A DNA stretch of 64,000 nt from Octopus vulgaris (Eukaryota): NCBI GenBank assembly GCA_951406725.2, contig OX597814.1:60822001-60886000 (forward strand), read 5' to 3'. Positions 11,997 through 23,950 of the stretch are shown in pieces. The first letter of the stretch is position 1. Every line of letters begins with the position of its first letter. Below the pieces are notes generated by a model. That model was not told the origin of the DNA, did no database searches, and was given only the letters and a program-made list of their open reading frames with translations. A program made the translations under genes and the position numbers.

Positions 11997-12473
11997 TATT
12001 AGGTTGCGGAAAAATTTTGTGTGCCATGTTAAAATAATGTTTTTTTTAATATTTTTTTGTGGTGTGTGTGTGTTCATTCAATTCATGTCATGTCCAATGG
12101 TGACTCACTGTGTTTGTCAAAAATGCGCTTTGTTTCAACAAGACAGTGCAAAGCCACATACCACTGGAAAGACCAGCAACAAGATTGATAGGCTGCCACA
12201 TCCAGCCTATAGTCCAGACATTGCTCCATCTGACTACGGTCTCTTCCGATCAATGCAGCACTTCGATGAAGCTGAAGGAGCCTGTCAAGAACTTTTCGAT
12301 TCAAAACTGAAGGATTGGTACTTTGACCAAATCAGAAAGCTTGCAGATCGTTGGGAGAAGGTTGTGAAAAATGTTGGTCTTTATTTTGAAGAATAGTTGT
12401 TATTTTTGAATAAATTCTTGCATAAAAAATCATTATTTTAATATGGCACATGAACTTATTCTTCAACCTAGTA
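11997..12473 (+). mobile_element. Internally deleted mariner element
   Basis: TIRs tattaggttg...gtgccat / atggcac...caacctagta; ORF fragment FQQDSAKPHT..LPHPAYSPDIAPSDYGLFRSM. Confidence 0.9.
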
Positions 12474-12594
12474 ATTTATCAATCCCATAAAAATGAAGCT
12501 GAAGTTGACCTCAGCAGGACTTAAACTCAAATGTAAAGAGTTAAAGGCATTTTCTCAAAAGCACTATCAATTTTACCAATCCATCACTCTAAGA

Positions 12595-12853
12595 CAGTGG
12601 TTCTCAACCAATTTTTGTCCTGTGAACCTATTGGATTCCTATTTTACTCAGGGAGAAAAATCCTCATAGCCATTCAATATCTAAAAACTCCCATTATATT
12701 TTTATAATTAAATATTATTAGGAATTGTATTAAAAAATTGTTTAAATATTTTGTATAATGTAGAAGTTTAATGAAATTATTACACACAAATTTTAACAAC
12801 AAAATCTTATATGGACCCCCAAGGGCCATATGGACTCTGGTTGAGAACTACTG
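12595..12853. mobile_element. hAT (Charlie-like) MITE
   Basis: TIR cagtggttctcaacc / ggttgagaactactg with exact 8-bp TSD ctctaaga (12587-12594, 12854-12861). Confidence 0.9.
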
Positions 12854-13685
12854 CTCTAAGATAATAATTGATATATAGAACAAGGCCCCCAAATTTGTTG
12901 GGAGAGGAGGCAGTTGATTAAATTGATTTCCTGGACTTGTATTTATTTATTGAAGGTAAAGTTGACTGCAGCAAGATTTGAGCTTGGAATGTAAAAAGGA
13001 AGAACAAATACTGCAAGGCACTTTTTCTGATGTTCTAATTCTGCCCCATAGCCAAAAGATCCCAAATTGAGGGAAACTGTCCAGAGATGAAACAGAAATA
13101 GAAAATACAAAAAGACATGCAGTGGGGATTTACAATATGTTAAGAGGGTGAGATCAGCCAAATAATAACGACATATTAGTAATTAGATAATAAATAGCAA
13201 TAGCAATGTAGGCTGACACAATAGAGACAAGAAAGACCCCCTAAAATAGGAGAAAGACAACTAGATGGGTGAACAGCCATGCACATCCACAGATTACCCT
13301 AATATTAATAATAATAACACATTTTAATTTAGAAATGTAAATATTCTATTTCAGAATGAAAAGAACTGGAATGAATGCATTTTGTTCGATGCTCTGACAA
13401 TTCTGCCAATACACTGCCTCAAATAATGACTTCCAATTTAGGTACAAGGCTAGCAGTTTTAGAGGGAAAGGGGTTAGCCAATAATAATCAACTACCGTAC
13501 TTGGCTGGTAGTCTTATTTTGGTTAGCCTAAGGCTATAGTAAAAGGCACTTGTCTAATCTGCCACACAGTGGGATTGAACCCAGAACCATGTGGTTGGGA
13601 ATCAAACAACTTAATAGATGATGATGATGATGATGAATACTTGGCTGGTAGCTTATTTTATTGAAAAAGAAAATATACATGAAGG

Positions 13686-13860
13686 CAGGCATGGATGTGT
13701 GGTTAAGAAGTTTGCTTCCCAACCACATGATTCTGGGTTCAATCTCACTGTGTGACAAATTGGGCAAGTGTCTTCTACGATGGCCTCAAGCCAACCAAAA
13801 CAGCATGTAGATTTGTTAGTTATATGGAAACTCAAAAAAGCCCATCATGTGTGTGTGTGT
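13686..13860 (+). mobile_element. tRNA-derived SINE with CORE-like ttgggcaagtg segment
   Basis: gcatggatgtgtggttaag (A-box), gggttcaatc (B-box); other copies near 10420, 25806, 36120, 43818, 56020(-), 57150, 58832. Confidence 0.7.
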
Positions 13861-14767
13861 ATAGAAACACGTGAGGGTTGGTGATGGGGAGAGCATCCAG
13901 CCACAGAAAATCTGCCTCAGTAAGAAATTTTGTTGGGTCATGCAAATACAGAAAAGTGGATGTCTAAAATGATGAAGTGGATGTTGAAGGGAAGTTTCAA
14001 AATGTCAAAGAACAGAACACCAAGCTACAAGACAACTTTATAATTCCTGCAACATTCAGGAGACTAGTGAGAGGGGGACAGAAAGGAAAGGAGGAGAAAG
14101 AGGAGAGAAGAAAGAAAGGAGAAGATAGAAACAACAAAAAGAAAAAAATTGGAAAGAAGGAAAAATTAAGAAAAAGTGAAAAAGAAAGAGAAAGAATATA
14201 GATGACAGATAGCGTTTTCTAGCACGATGAAGATGTATCATATATTTGGCATAGAAAATATGGACCCAACATGAAATAATAAAATGGTTTCACTCGCTAC
14301 ACACACACACACAAGCAATAAGAGTGTAATTTACAAAAATATTCTGGAATATTCAGCTGAATCTGTGATGATTGAGCCAAAATTCAATTTAGTAATACTC
14401 CAAACTTCAAAACCATATTAACAAGCGGTAATATTAATGCTTTTGAAGATGACACTCGAGTGTTCTAACACTTAACAGCTATCTCATTAAAGTTATGTAT
14501 TGAAGTCCCATGTATTTTCCAATTTTTTATTGCATGTTTTTTATGCTTTTTTTTCATGCTGTTGATTCTGATGTTGTTTTTCTTTTCTTTTTTTTTTGTA
14601 GTTCATTTAAAACAATATTGACAAATCTCATAGCAAGCAACATAAAATAGTGACATCCTTCTTCCAATCAGCTGAGTCCACAATGTGGTTCAGATTTTGT
14701 TTGAAGCTATTTCACTTCACAAACAACACCTCTAATTTACTAGCACCAGGAAAAATAAAAATTAATA

Positions 14768-14801
<34 letters not shown>

Positions 14802-14803
<2 letters not shown>

Positions 14804-15858
14804 CCTTTCTGCTATAGGCACAAGGCCTAAAATTGGGGGAGGGGCAGAGTCACTTACATCAACCTCAGTACTCAGCTGATACTTTTTTCATTGACTCCGA
14901 AATTATGAAAAGTAAAGTCAATCTTGGCAGAATTTGAACTCAGAACATAGTGACAGATGACATGTCGCTAAGCATTTTACCCAGTGTGCTAATGATTCTG
15001 CCAGCTCACAATCTTAAAAATAATGTCAATAACAATGATGATGATGATGATTGTGGTAGAAGGCCAGTAATTTGAGGGGAGGGGCAAATCAATTTCATCA
15101 ACCCCCAATAGGATGAAAAGCAGAGTCAATCTTGGCAGAATTTGACAGACAGATGAAATGTGACAAAGTATTTTCTTCAGTGTGCTAATGATTCTGTCAG
15201 CTTTCAACCTCAATAATAATAATAATAATAACAATCCTTCATACTATAGGCACAAGACCGGGAATTTGGGGGGAGGGGGGTTAAGCGATTATATTGATTC
15301 CAGTGCTTAACTGGTACTTATTTTATTGACCCCAAAAGGATGAAAAGCAAAGTTAATCTCAGTGTGAGTCGAACTCAGAATGTAAAGATGGGTGAAATAC
15401 TGCCAAGCATTTCGCCTGGCAATCTAATGATTCTACCAGCTTGCCACCTTAATAATAATAATAATAATCCTTTCTACTAAGGGCACAAAGCCTGAAATTT
15501 GTGAGGAAGTACTAGTCAACCCCAGCAGTTGATGGACACTTATTTCTTCGATCTCAAAAAGATGAAAGGCAAAATCGACCTTGACAGAATCTGAACTCAG
15601 AATATGATGACATATGAAATACTGCAAAGCATTTTGTCCAGCGTGCTAAAGATTCTGCCAGCTCACTATCATAATAATAATAATAATCCTTTCTATTAAA
15701 GGCACAAGGCCTGAAATTTGGTGGGAGGGATTAAGCCAATTACATTGACCTGAAAGGATGAAAGGCAATGTTGACCTCAGTGGAATTTGAACTCAGAATG
15801 TATTGGCAAACAAAATGCTACTAGGTATTTCACCAGGCATACTAATGATCGCTGCCTG
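14802..15858 (-). mobile_element. Five head-to-tail Meta-domain-like SINE copies separated by AAT-rich tracts
   Basis: Repeated ggcacaagg..gacccc.aaaggatgaaa.gcaaag..gaatttgaactcagaa..gattctgccagctc units of about 200 bp. Confidence 0.85.
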
Positions 15859-15904
15859 AATAATAATAATGATAATAATAATTTCTTTTATAACAATAAC
15901 AACA

Positions 15905-16330
15905 CTTGGCAGTGGCAGCTGTCCATCATAGGTCAATGCTGATTGTTCATGTTTAGTAATTATCTCTGCCATTCAGTAATCATCTTGTGGGCTACAAGGC
16001 CTGCAGAAGTGATGACAAGCTGCAGGCCAAGCTACTTGACTCAACAGAGGAGTGACATCTCACATCTACTTTTCCATAATCTCTCTTTCTCATCAATGGG
16101 TGGTATTACAAGCTTCAGCTATCAGTGCCATTCACTGAGTCACAGGGCTTTCTCCTTCAAGGTGTCTGGAGGGATGCCAAAGTTCTTCATATGTCTCTTC
16201 AGCACATCTCTGTATCACAACCTTTGGTCACCATGGCTGTGCCTGCCCTGACACAGATTAGCATAGAAAACTGCCTTTGGGAGCCTACAGCTATTGCAAA
16301 CATATCAAAATCAATGTCAAAACTTCCTAT
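15905..16330 (-). mobile_element. RTE (BovB-like) LINE 3' fragment
   Basis: Minus strand RLPKAVFYANLCQGRHSHGDQRL*YRDVLKRHMK. Confidence 0.75.
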
Positions 16331-17067
16331 TTGAATAACACCACCTTCACAGTATAGTCATTATCTGTTCCATCTCAACCACAAGCAAAGTAGAACATGC
16401 TATTGTTGTTGTTGGTAGTGGTGGTGTAGTTATTGATTTTTCAAGTCAACATTGAGTGAGTAGAACTTTGATAAGAAATGCTCAAACTCTTTCTTTAAAT
16501 TATAATATAGAGCAATTGAAAATTCCTTTTAGAATCTATATGAAATGACAACCAAATGAGGTTAGTTGAAGTTTCTAATGTATGCCTTCTCTCCCTGACC
16601 ACAGCCTTTCCCCACCACCCCACCTCATACACTAACCCATCTCTGATCCAAGTCAGGGATTTCCTATCATTCATGCTGTCAGCCACCCCCACCAGATGCC
16701 TTGACAATTGAACAGCATTACTATTATATTGTGCCACTGTTATGACAATGAATATTCTCACATCATCTACATACACTTTATTATATCATCATCAACAACA
16801 TCGTTTAACATCTTATTTCCATGCACACATGGGTCAGACAGCATGACATGACAAGCCAGAGGGCTCTTCCGGGTTCTATGTCTGCCTTAGCATGGGTTCT
16901 ACAGCTGGATGTCCTTTCTAACATCAACCACTTAACAGAGTGTAATGGGTGCTTTTTACATGACACCAATGCCAGTGAGGTTGTCAAATACCTGCAAGAT
17001 AAGTACATATGTGTGTGCATGTGCTTGAATATGTCGTGTGTCAGTCTGTCTGCCTGTGTGTATACAA

Positions 17068-17104
<37 letters not shown>

Positions 17105-17113
17105 CACAAGACA

Positions 17114-17351
17114 ATGATCATTACATATTTTTCTTTATTGTAGTAAATCTAACTTACAGCTGTTTCCAGTAAGCATTACAGGTTCATTATTGATAAGTTT
17201 ATTCAATCAGCCCATTGATCAGTTGAGAAAAATTGAACGACCTCGTTATATGGGTTGCTTGAGTAAACCTATCAATAACAAATTTATAATGACTACAGGA
17301 AACAGCTGTAAGCCAAATTTACAACAATTAATATAAATACATAATGACCAT
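17114..17351. repeat. Diverged fold-back (about 100-bp arms) with HHR-like GAAACAGCTGTA in each arm
   Basis: cttacagctgtttcc (17153) / ggaaacagctgtaag (17298); ttattgataagtttattcaa / ttgagtaaacctatcaataa; adjacent to (CA)n. Confidence 0.75.
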
Positions 17352-17596
17352 TATTAATACCATGCAATGTATATCACTCTGTGTAAAAACCAGTACAACT
17401 GGAGCACAACCACAGATTTACAATATAGAATGGTGATGAACTATAATCTCAGACTCTACCACAAGAACACACAGAGTTATTCACCAATCTAAACAATATT
17501 GTTAACTTGGTGTACTAATAGAGGGCTTATAAAGTATTTTGCCCTGATTGATAAAACATTTTAACAAGTACCCACAATACAAGGAAGGAGGCAGGT

Positions 17597-18418
17597 TGCT
17601 CTTGCAGGGTATATAATAACTGTCCAGTAGGAGGCTGATGCGAGGCTGAGAGGGTCATCTATGAAGCTATGGTGATACCTAGACCCGATATCAACAATAA
17701 CAGTAATGTACCATCAAACATCAATATTATTAGCAATTTAACCAGTTCTCACACCAATGCAATTGCCACACCCAGAGATAATAACCAGTCTGAGACCAGC
17801 ATCACAGAACATCGCTGAAGACCCCGGTACCACCGCCACGAATAATGAACAAACCATAGATACAGATAGTGACCAGGTCCACAATGTATATTACTACCAG
17901 TACAAAAGCCACACCTAGAAATAATGACCAGGACTAGTCACTTGGAGGAGGTATCCGCCGTTCCCAGTTCCACCACCTCAGAAGATGGACAAATATTTAT
18001 CTTCAACACCAATGGGATGACCAGCCCTCCACCATATATTACCAGTGATGTGAATAGGACCACATCCCATGTGTGTAAATATATTGGTTCCATGAGTATT
18101 TCATTCAAGGGACATTTTCTTAACCACCAGTCATCCTTCAGAGTCTCAGAAAGACAGCTTGTCATGTCCCTAGCCTGCCATGTATGGTACCTCAAAGATC
18201 AAGGGACCCCATATGACATCAGGTGGAAATTAATTGATGATTCGGGCCCATATATTAATGGAAGTGGCCATTGCAAGATTTGCATCGTGGAGAGAGCCAA
18301 AATTCTTAAGAACTATAAGAAACCTGGTGCATCAAATAGACGTAAAGAAGTGTTTTCTAAATGTATCCACTTCAAGTGCTACTTACTGGAAAATTGGATC
18401 TCCCCATTAGCTAGTTAG
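17597..18418 (+). pseudogene. Disrupted GIY-YIG endonuclease domain of Penelope-like element
   Basis: In-frame stops upstream; ORF 17924-18418 holds the YIG half (Y at 18080). Confidence 0.8.
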
Positions 18419-18561
18419 GCCTCTTCAGATCTATAAGGGTTTCTGCCCCCTCTGATTCAGGAGAGATAACCCATCTTCATTAATGTTTTTGTTAAGACTA
18501 ATTCCTTAAGTTCTGAGTGTTTCTTCGTGTCTGCAATGTAGATATTTTAGATTTTGTATTT

Positions 18562-18629
18562 ACATAGAGTCTGACGAGGTGTCCACAATGCTTTGCTTTG
18601 TGGATGTGAAACATTGGGTAACTCTATGT
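18562..18629 (+). ncRNA. Type I hammerhead ribozyme
   Basis: Perfect 9-bp stem I acatagagt/actctatgt; CTGACGA 18571-18577; stem II gtgtccacaa/ttgtggatgt; GAAA 18608-18611; short stem III; GUA site ending 18620. Confidence 0.85.
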
Positions 18630-18723
18630 CCAAGATATAAAATTTTTGTTGGAATAATTACTGCTGTATTCATTAGAGTGTGCTTCTTTCTGATATGTTT
18701 TTTTTATTAACTATTATAATAAG

Positions 18724-18754
<31 letters not shown>

Positions 18755-19855
18755 GGTTACCTCCCCTATTAATATATGTCTAGAGTTGCACTCTTCTTAC
18801 AGCATTAAGAGTATTTTAACTCTTATTTCTAGCAATGCAGGTGTTTCAGCACCCTTAGTCAGATTTAGTGATGATTGAAATTTTCCTTTAAGGTATCATA
18901 TTGCACCTGGTTGTTTATATTAATTTTTAGTATATATATATGATACTGCATGCAAATCATAAGCAAAAATGTCACCATACAAACAGTGATTTGTTTGTAA
19001 TCTTCTGGGGGGAAAAATTGTTTGGACAAGGGGAATATGTTAACTTGCTTGGAAACAGGTGAGAGTTGGTGACAGAAGGAGCAACCAGCCATAGAAAGTC
19101 TGTCTCACTGAATTTCGTCTGACCCATGCAGGCATGGTAAAGTAGACGTGCACATGTGAGTCTGTGTGTTAAGATATTGACAACAAAATAGTAAAGAAAG
19201 TATTAAAAATGTATAAAAACAAAATTTTAACAAAATATAAAGTAAAAATGTTATATATATCATTTTAATGGTAAAGGAATTACTGCATCACTACATATCT
19301 CATTCCCTTAAAAGACAGCAGAGAGTGATTTGAGAGAGAATTAACTGCTATTTCTAAAGGCTTAATTGACCATGTACATATAGGCCACCTCACTGGCTTG
19401 CTGCAGAGTATGTTGTATCAATAGGCAAGAAGGAAAAAAAATTAATAAAGAGTAGTACTAAAAGACTAAACAATTATTTCAAAGAATTTAATTTCACCCA
19501 ACTGTACTTTAAGTTAGTATCCTGTTGGGATTGATTTTTTGTCTTCTACGCTTCCTGAGTTGAAAAAAAAAATAAGTACCATAAATAAAGTAATGTCAAT
19601 TCAATCATCTATACATTTTTCTCTTACAATTTGTGGCATTACGCCAGTGTGAAAAGTGTTCATAAATATTTGAATTTATGGACAAATGTCCATAAAATGA
19701 GGTGCTTGTCTGCTTCACAGACACTCTGATATTAGTCATTCTATAATTGCCAGTATTAGCCTCAAACCATTTCACATTTCAAAGATATGGTAGGCAAACC
19801 ACAACACCTTTATTTTGTTTAACTACACTCTTACCAATAATGATAATGGTTTTTA

Positions 19856-19890
<35 letters not shown>

Positions 19891-19892
<2 letters not shown>

Positions 19893-20350
19893 GGTAGCGA
19901 GCTGGCAGAATTGTTAGCACGCCGGGCGAAATACTTAGTGGTATTTTGTCTGTCTTCACATTCTGAGTTCTAATTCCATCAAGGTCAATTTATATTTCAT
20001 CCTTTCAGGATCAATAAAATAAGTACTAGTTAAGTACTAGGATTGATGTAATCAACTTACCCCCTCCCCTGGAACTGCTGGCCTTCTGCCAAAATTTGAA
20101 ATCATTATTATTATTATTATTATTAAAATTATTGGATAGAGAACTGAAAGAAACATTAACATGTTGGACAAAAAATGCTTAGCAGCATTTCTTCTGACTC
20201 ATTACATTCTGCATTCAAATTCGCCAAGGTCAACTTTGCCTGTCATCCTTTCAGGGTCAATAAAATAAGTACCAGCTGCAAACTAGGGTTGATGTAATCA
20301 ATTTACTCCCTCAGCCCTTGAATTTAATGGCCTTGAGTCAAAATTTGAAA
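19891..20350 (+). mobile_element. Two Meta-domain-like tRNA SINE copies in (TTA)n
   Basis: aaggtagcgagctggcagaattgttagc (A-box), gagttc.aattc (B-box), cctttcagg..aataaaataagtac; further copies 21470-21869(-), 22636-22850(-), 25289-25790(+), 37428-37635(+), 63645-63857(-). Confidence 0.85.
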
Positions 20351-20364
20351 CTATTATTATTATC

Positions 20365-20550
20365 ATTGTTCTTTATATCTCAGGTTTTGTTGCAACTCCT
20401 GGAGTCTTGTATGTATAGCAGACTTGCTACCTGCAGCCTATGGTGCCATGCGATCTGTTCTTTTCAACTAATACATTCCTGGTTATTCTGGCTGCGCCAA
20501 GGAAACAAACCTTTTGTAACAGCTCTACTGGGCACTCTATTATTATTCCA
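20365..20550 (-). mobile_element. R4/Dong-clade LINE 3' end
   Basis: Reverse-complement homolog of 22450-22625. Confidence 0.7.
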
Positions 20551-21129
20551 ATACCTTTTTATATACATTTATTTTATAGATATCATTGAGGCATTGAAAT
20601 GGAAAGCAATGTGCTTTATTTTATATCTAGTTCAGAATCTGACTGTTTTACGTTTGAAATCTGCATGAATTTGCTGGTGCCATTGATAGGATAAGTAACA
20701 ATAATATACAGGGATTGATATAAAGAAAATAGCCTGCCCAACCATAGGCAGAGTCAAAAGAAATCAGTTAAACTAGTTAGTTAATGTACTGAATTACATG
20801 CTCTAAAGCAAGGAGCTGTAGCCTGAGAAGCGATACAATCAGGGTTGCTAAGAGAAAGATTTATACTCAGGGTGAAACTGATTTACAAGCCTCCAAACCA
20901 CAAATTATTAAAATCGAAACAATATGCAACATTTTTAATTATCTATTTATTTATTTAGAAAGATCATACAGTAACTACTCGTGTCTTCATTTTTCAGAAG
21001 TGTTTTGTGTGCCTCCTATGTGCAAAGTGTTCTATACTAATGATAGTAATAATCTTTTCAACTATAGGTACAAGGCATTAAATTTTGGGGGAGGAGTTAA
21101 GTCAATCACATTGACCCCAGTAATCTTGA

Positions 21130-21462
21130 AACCCCCTTCAGTCATGAACGACCATGGGATTGCACCTACAAATTTACACTCCAAGGCACAAGTCCAGGCA
21201 AGGTTGTTTATGGAAGGCCAGTAGTCGCCCATGCATACCAGCCTCCCCCGCTTCATGCCACTGATGTTATCCAAGGGAAAGGCAAAGGCCGATACAGCTT
21301 GGCACCAGTGACGTCGCAACTCATTTCTACAGCTGAGTGAACTGAAGCAACGTGAAATAAAGTGTCTTGCTCAAGAACACAACACGCAGCCCAGTCCGGG
21401 ATTCGAGCTCACAACCTCACGATAATAAGCTCGATGCTCTAACCACTGAGCCATGTGCCTTC
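21130..21462 (-). mobile_element. tRNA-derived SINE (full length), inserted into another SINE
   Basis: Head ggcacatggctcagtggttagagc..gctcgaatcccg, then gttcttgagcaagacac; homologous copy on + at 62830-63150. Confidence 0.85.
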
Positions 21463-21628
21463 ACAGTAATCAACTGTGCCCCAGTAAACTGGTACTTAAT
21501 TTATCGACCCTGAAAGAATGGAAGCCAAAGTCAACCTCAGTGGAATTTGACCTCAGAACATAAAGATGGACAAAATGCCATTAAGCATTTTGCCCTGCAT
21601 GCTAACAATTTTGCCAGCTTGCCACTTC

Positions 21629-21667
<39 letters not shown>

Positions 21668-21867
21668 GTTTCAAGTTTTGCCACAAGGGCAGCAGTTTTG
21701 GGGGAGGGGAATGAGTCGATTACATCAACCTCAGTATTTTATTGGTACTTAATTCATCGACCCCAAAAGGATGAAAGGTAAAGCCGACCTTGATGGAATT
21801 TGAACTCCGAACAAAGTACCACTACACATTTCGCCCAGCACGCTAACAATTCCGCCAGCTCACTACC

Positions 21868-21913
<46 letters not shown>

Positions 21914-21944
21914 CAATAATAATAATAATAACAATAATAATAAT

Positions 21945-22370
21945 GCTCAGTACAACGCATGCAGATTTACATGTTGGTTGCTTGACCTTGTGGCTGACAA
22001 TGTGTACATCTCTGATCACAAGCAGGAGAAGCAGGGGCAGCATCAAAATCAGGTGTCAAGTGGAGTTTTTGTGGGTTTGAATAATTCACCTCTGGAAACA
22101 GTATATTTTGTTCATCATCCTTAAACAACCCTTATTCAGGGACCTTTTGAGCAGGATGGGCTACCTGACCTGAAGAAATTTATAACTGAGCCCCACCCAC
22201 AAGGTCATGCACTCTTTATTTTGATATGAGGTCACCATGTCATGCACATATGGCTGTGATGCATATACTTGGTGAACCCTTACAAAACAAGTAGTCATAA
22301 TGGGTATATTGGACTTCATATAGTTGTACCCCAGTGTTATTTTGATGGCATGTACTACTCCCTCACTCAT
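21945..22370 (-). mobile_element. Unclassified interspersed repeat
   Basis: Homologous in opposite orientation to about 37654-38040 (gagtgag.gag..ccatcaaa..acactggg..ggtccctgaataagggttgtttaagga). Confidence 0.6.
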
Positions 22371-22384
22371 TAATAATAATAATA

Positions 22385-22625
22385 CCAATTATTGTTAGGT
22401 CCCTGGGGACAATAGCAGAAGGCATCAAGAGGAAAGTAAAGGAAATTGGAATAGAGTGGCCAGTAGAACTATAACAAAAGGTTTGCCAACTTGGCATGGC
22501 CAGAATAATTAGGAAAGTATTAGATAGTTGAAAAGAACAGATAGCATGGTACCATAGGCTGCAGGCAGCAAGCCCGCTGCACATGCAAGACACCAGGAGT
22601 TCCAACAAAATCTGAGATAAAAAGA
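22385..22625 (+). mobile_element. R4/Dong-clade LINE 3' end in (TAA)n
   Basis: VRSLGTIAEGIKRKVKEIGIEWPVEL*QKVCQLGMARIIRKVL matches the GALG..LQKxxLLGTARIxRKVL C-terminus; taataa flanks. Confidence 0.8.
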
Positions 22626-22889
22626 AATAATAATAATCTTTTCTACTATAGGCACAAGATCTGGAATTTGAGGGGAGTGGGGTAGTTGATCACATCGACC
22701 CCAGCACTTTACTGGTACTTAATTTATCAACCCTGAAATGATGAAAGGCAAAGTTGATCTTGGCAGAATTTGAACTCAGAATGTAAAGGTGAACGAAACA
22801 CGGCAAAGCATTTTGTTCAGTGTGCAAATGATTCTGCCAGTGCACCCCCTTAACAACAATAATCAGCATCATCATTTAATGTCCATCTG

Positions 22890-23950
22890 AGTTTCAGTTT
22901 GCAGTTAAATCAAGCTGAGCTCACCAAATGATCTTAGGACTTGTTTACTCTGAGATAGTTCTTTATCAGTTCAAGTTTACTGAATGAATATTCTGCTGAG
23001 ACTTGAAAGCTACAGGCATTTAGAAAATAATGTAGAGCAAGGCACAAATATGAGGAAACTTTACAGTTCAAATTGTACATCCCAAAAGTTACCACAGTGT
23101 ATCACACAATCACACATTTCATGTTGATTAATTTATTTGCAAGCTTTTTGCTGTTAATATCATTCATGTAAATTTCTGCAACTGACACATATGCTATGGG
23201 CAAAAGGTTTTCTAATATAGACGGGTATTTGCAAAGGAATAAAAAGTATCAGAAATTTTCTTGGCAACTTCAAATTTTCTCATTAGACAACCAATGACAG
23301 AATCAACAACAACATAAGAAGCAGATGTCCAAAATAATGATTCTATATGTGTCTGAATATTTTACCAAGCTTTCATCACTTGAGTGGTTCTCATCAAAAA
23401 AATTTCTTTAATTTTCTTTCATTTGCTTGTAGTTTAATTTCAGTTTACAAATTGTAAGAGAGATGTTTTGATCCTGTCAACAGAGTGTCAAACTGATCTC
23501 AGTTTTCTGCAGATTTTCTATAAGCATTTCAACATTGTCCACTTCAATATCAACAGTGGAATCAGTTGCCTCTAATAATATGTTGCAGATGTTAATAGGA
23601 GTAAGAATGTTTAACTAGATAGATGCCATGAGTATGTATCTGATAGAGGACATGTAGTTAACGTCTTTCATTACTGCCCTTCTTGTCTATAGTATTACAT
23701 CAAGTTTCAGAACATTTTGCAAGGCTAACTGGATGCCACTGACATTTTATGCAAATGATTTCATTTTATTGATTCTAGTTATTCCCGAGTAGTTGACATA
23801 TGAGGCAATGAATGACAACCTATGTAAAGGTAGCAGAAGAATCTGCCATTTTTGTGGAATATAGAAATATATATTACAGACACTTTCAATAGTTCTGAAA
23901 ATTGTAAATTAGATAAATCTACATATCATGTCAATGTTAGGAAATATTTC
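22890..23950 (-). mobile_element. hAT transposase remnant
   Basis: Minus strand VSAEYSFSKLELIKNYLR (about 22945-23000) matches the hAT dimerisation motif SAERSFSxLKxIKxxLR; upstream limit approximate. Confidence 0.7.

Larger units (their letters stand above)
17480..18724 (+). mobile_element. Penelope-like retroelement 3' remnant (Cys linker, GIY-YIG endonuclease, HHR)
   Basis: TNRGLIKYFALIDK; CSCRVYNNCPVGG*CEAERVIYEAMV from 17597; KYIG..FKGHFLNHQSSF..LACHVWYLKD..WKLI..PY..CKIC..E..KCIH; ends in (TA)n. Confidence 0.85.

Noticed and set aside
14802-15858. Repeat-spacer appearance resembling a CRISPR array
   Set aside because: Units are about 200-bp SINEs separated by microsatellite; eukaryotic context and no cas genes.
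21385-21462. tRNA-like sequence (also about 42660-42738 and 62830-62895)
   Set aside because: Has A and B boxes but continues into a SINE body without a proper acceptor stem; these are SINE heads, not tRNA genes.
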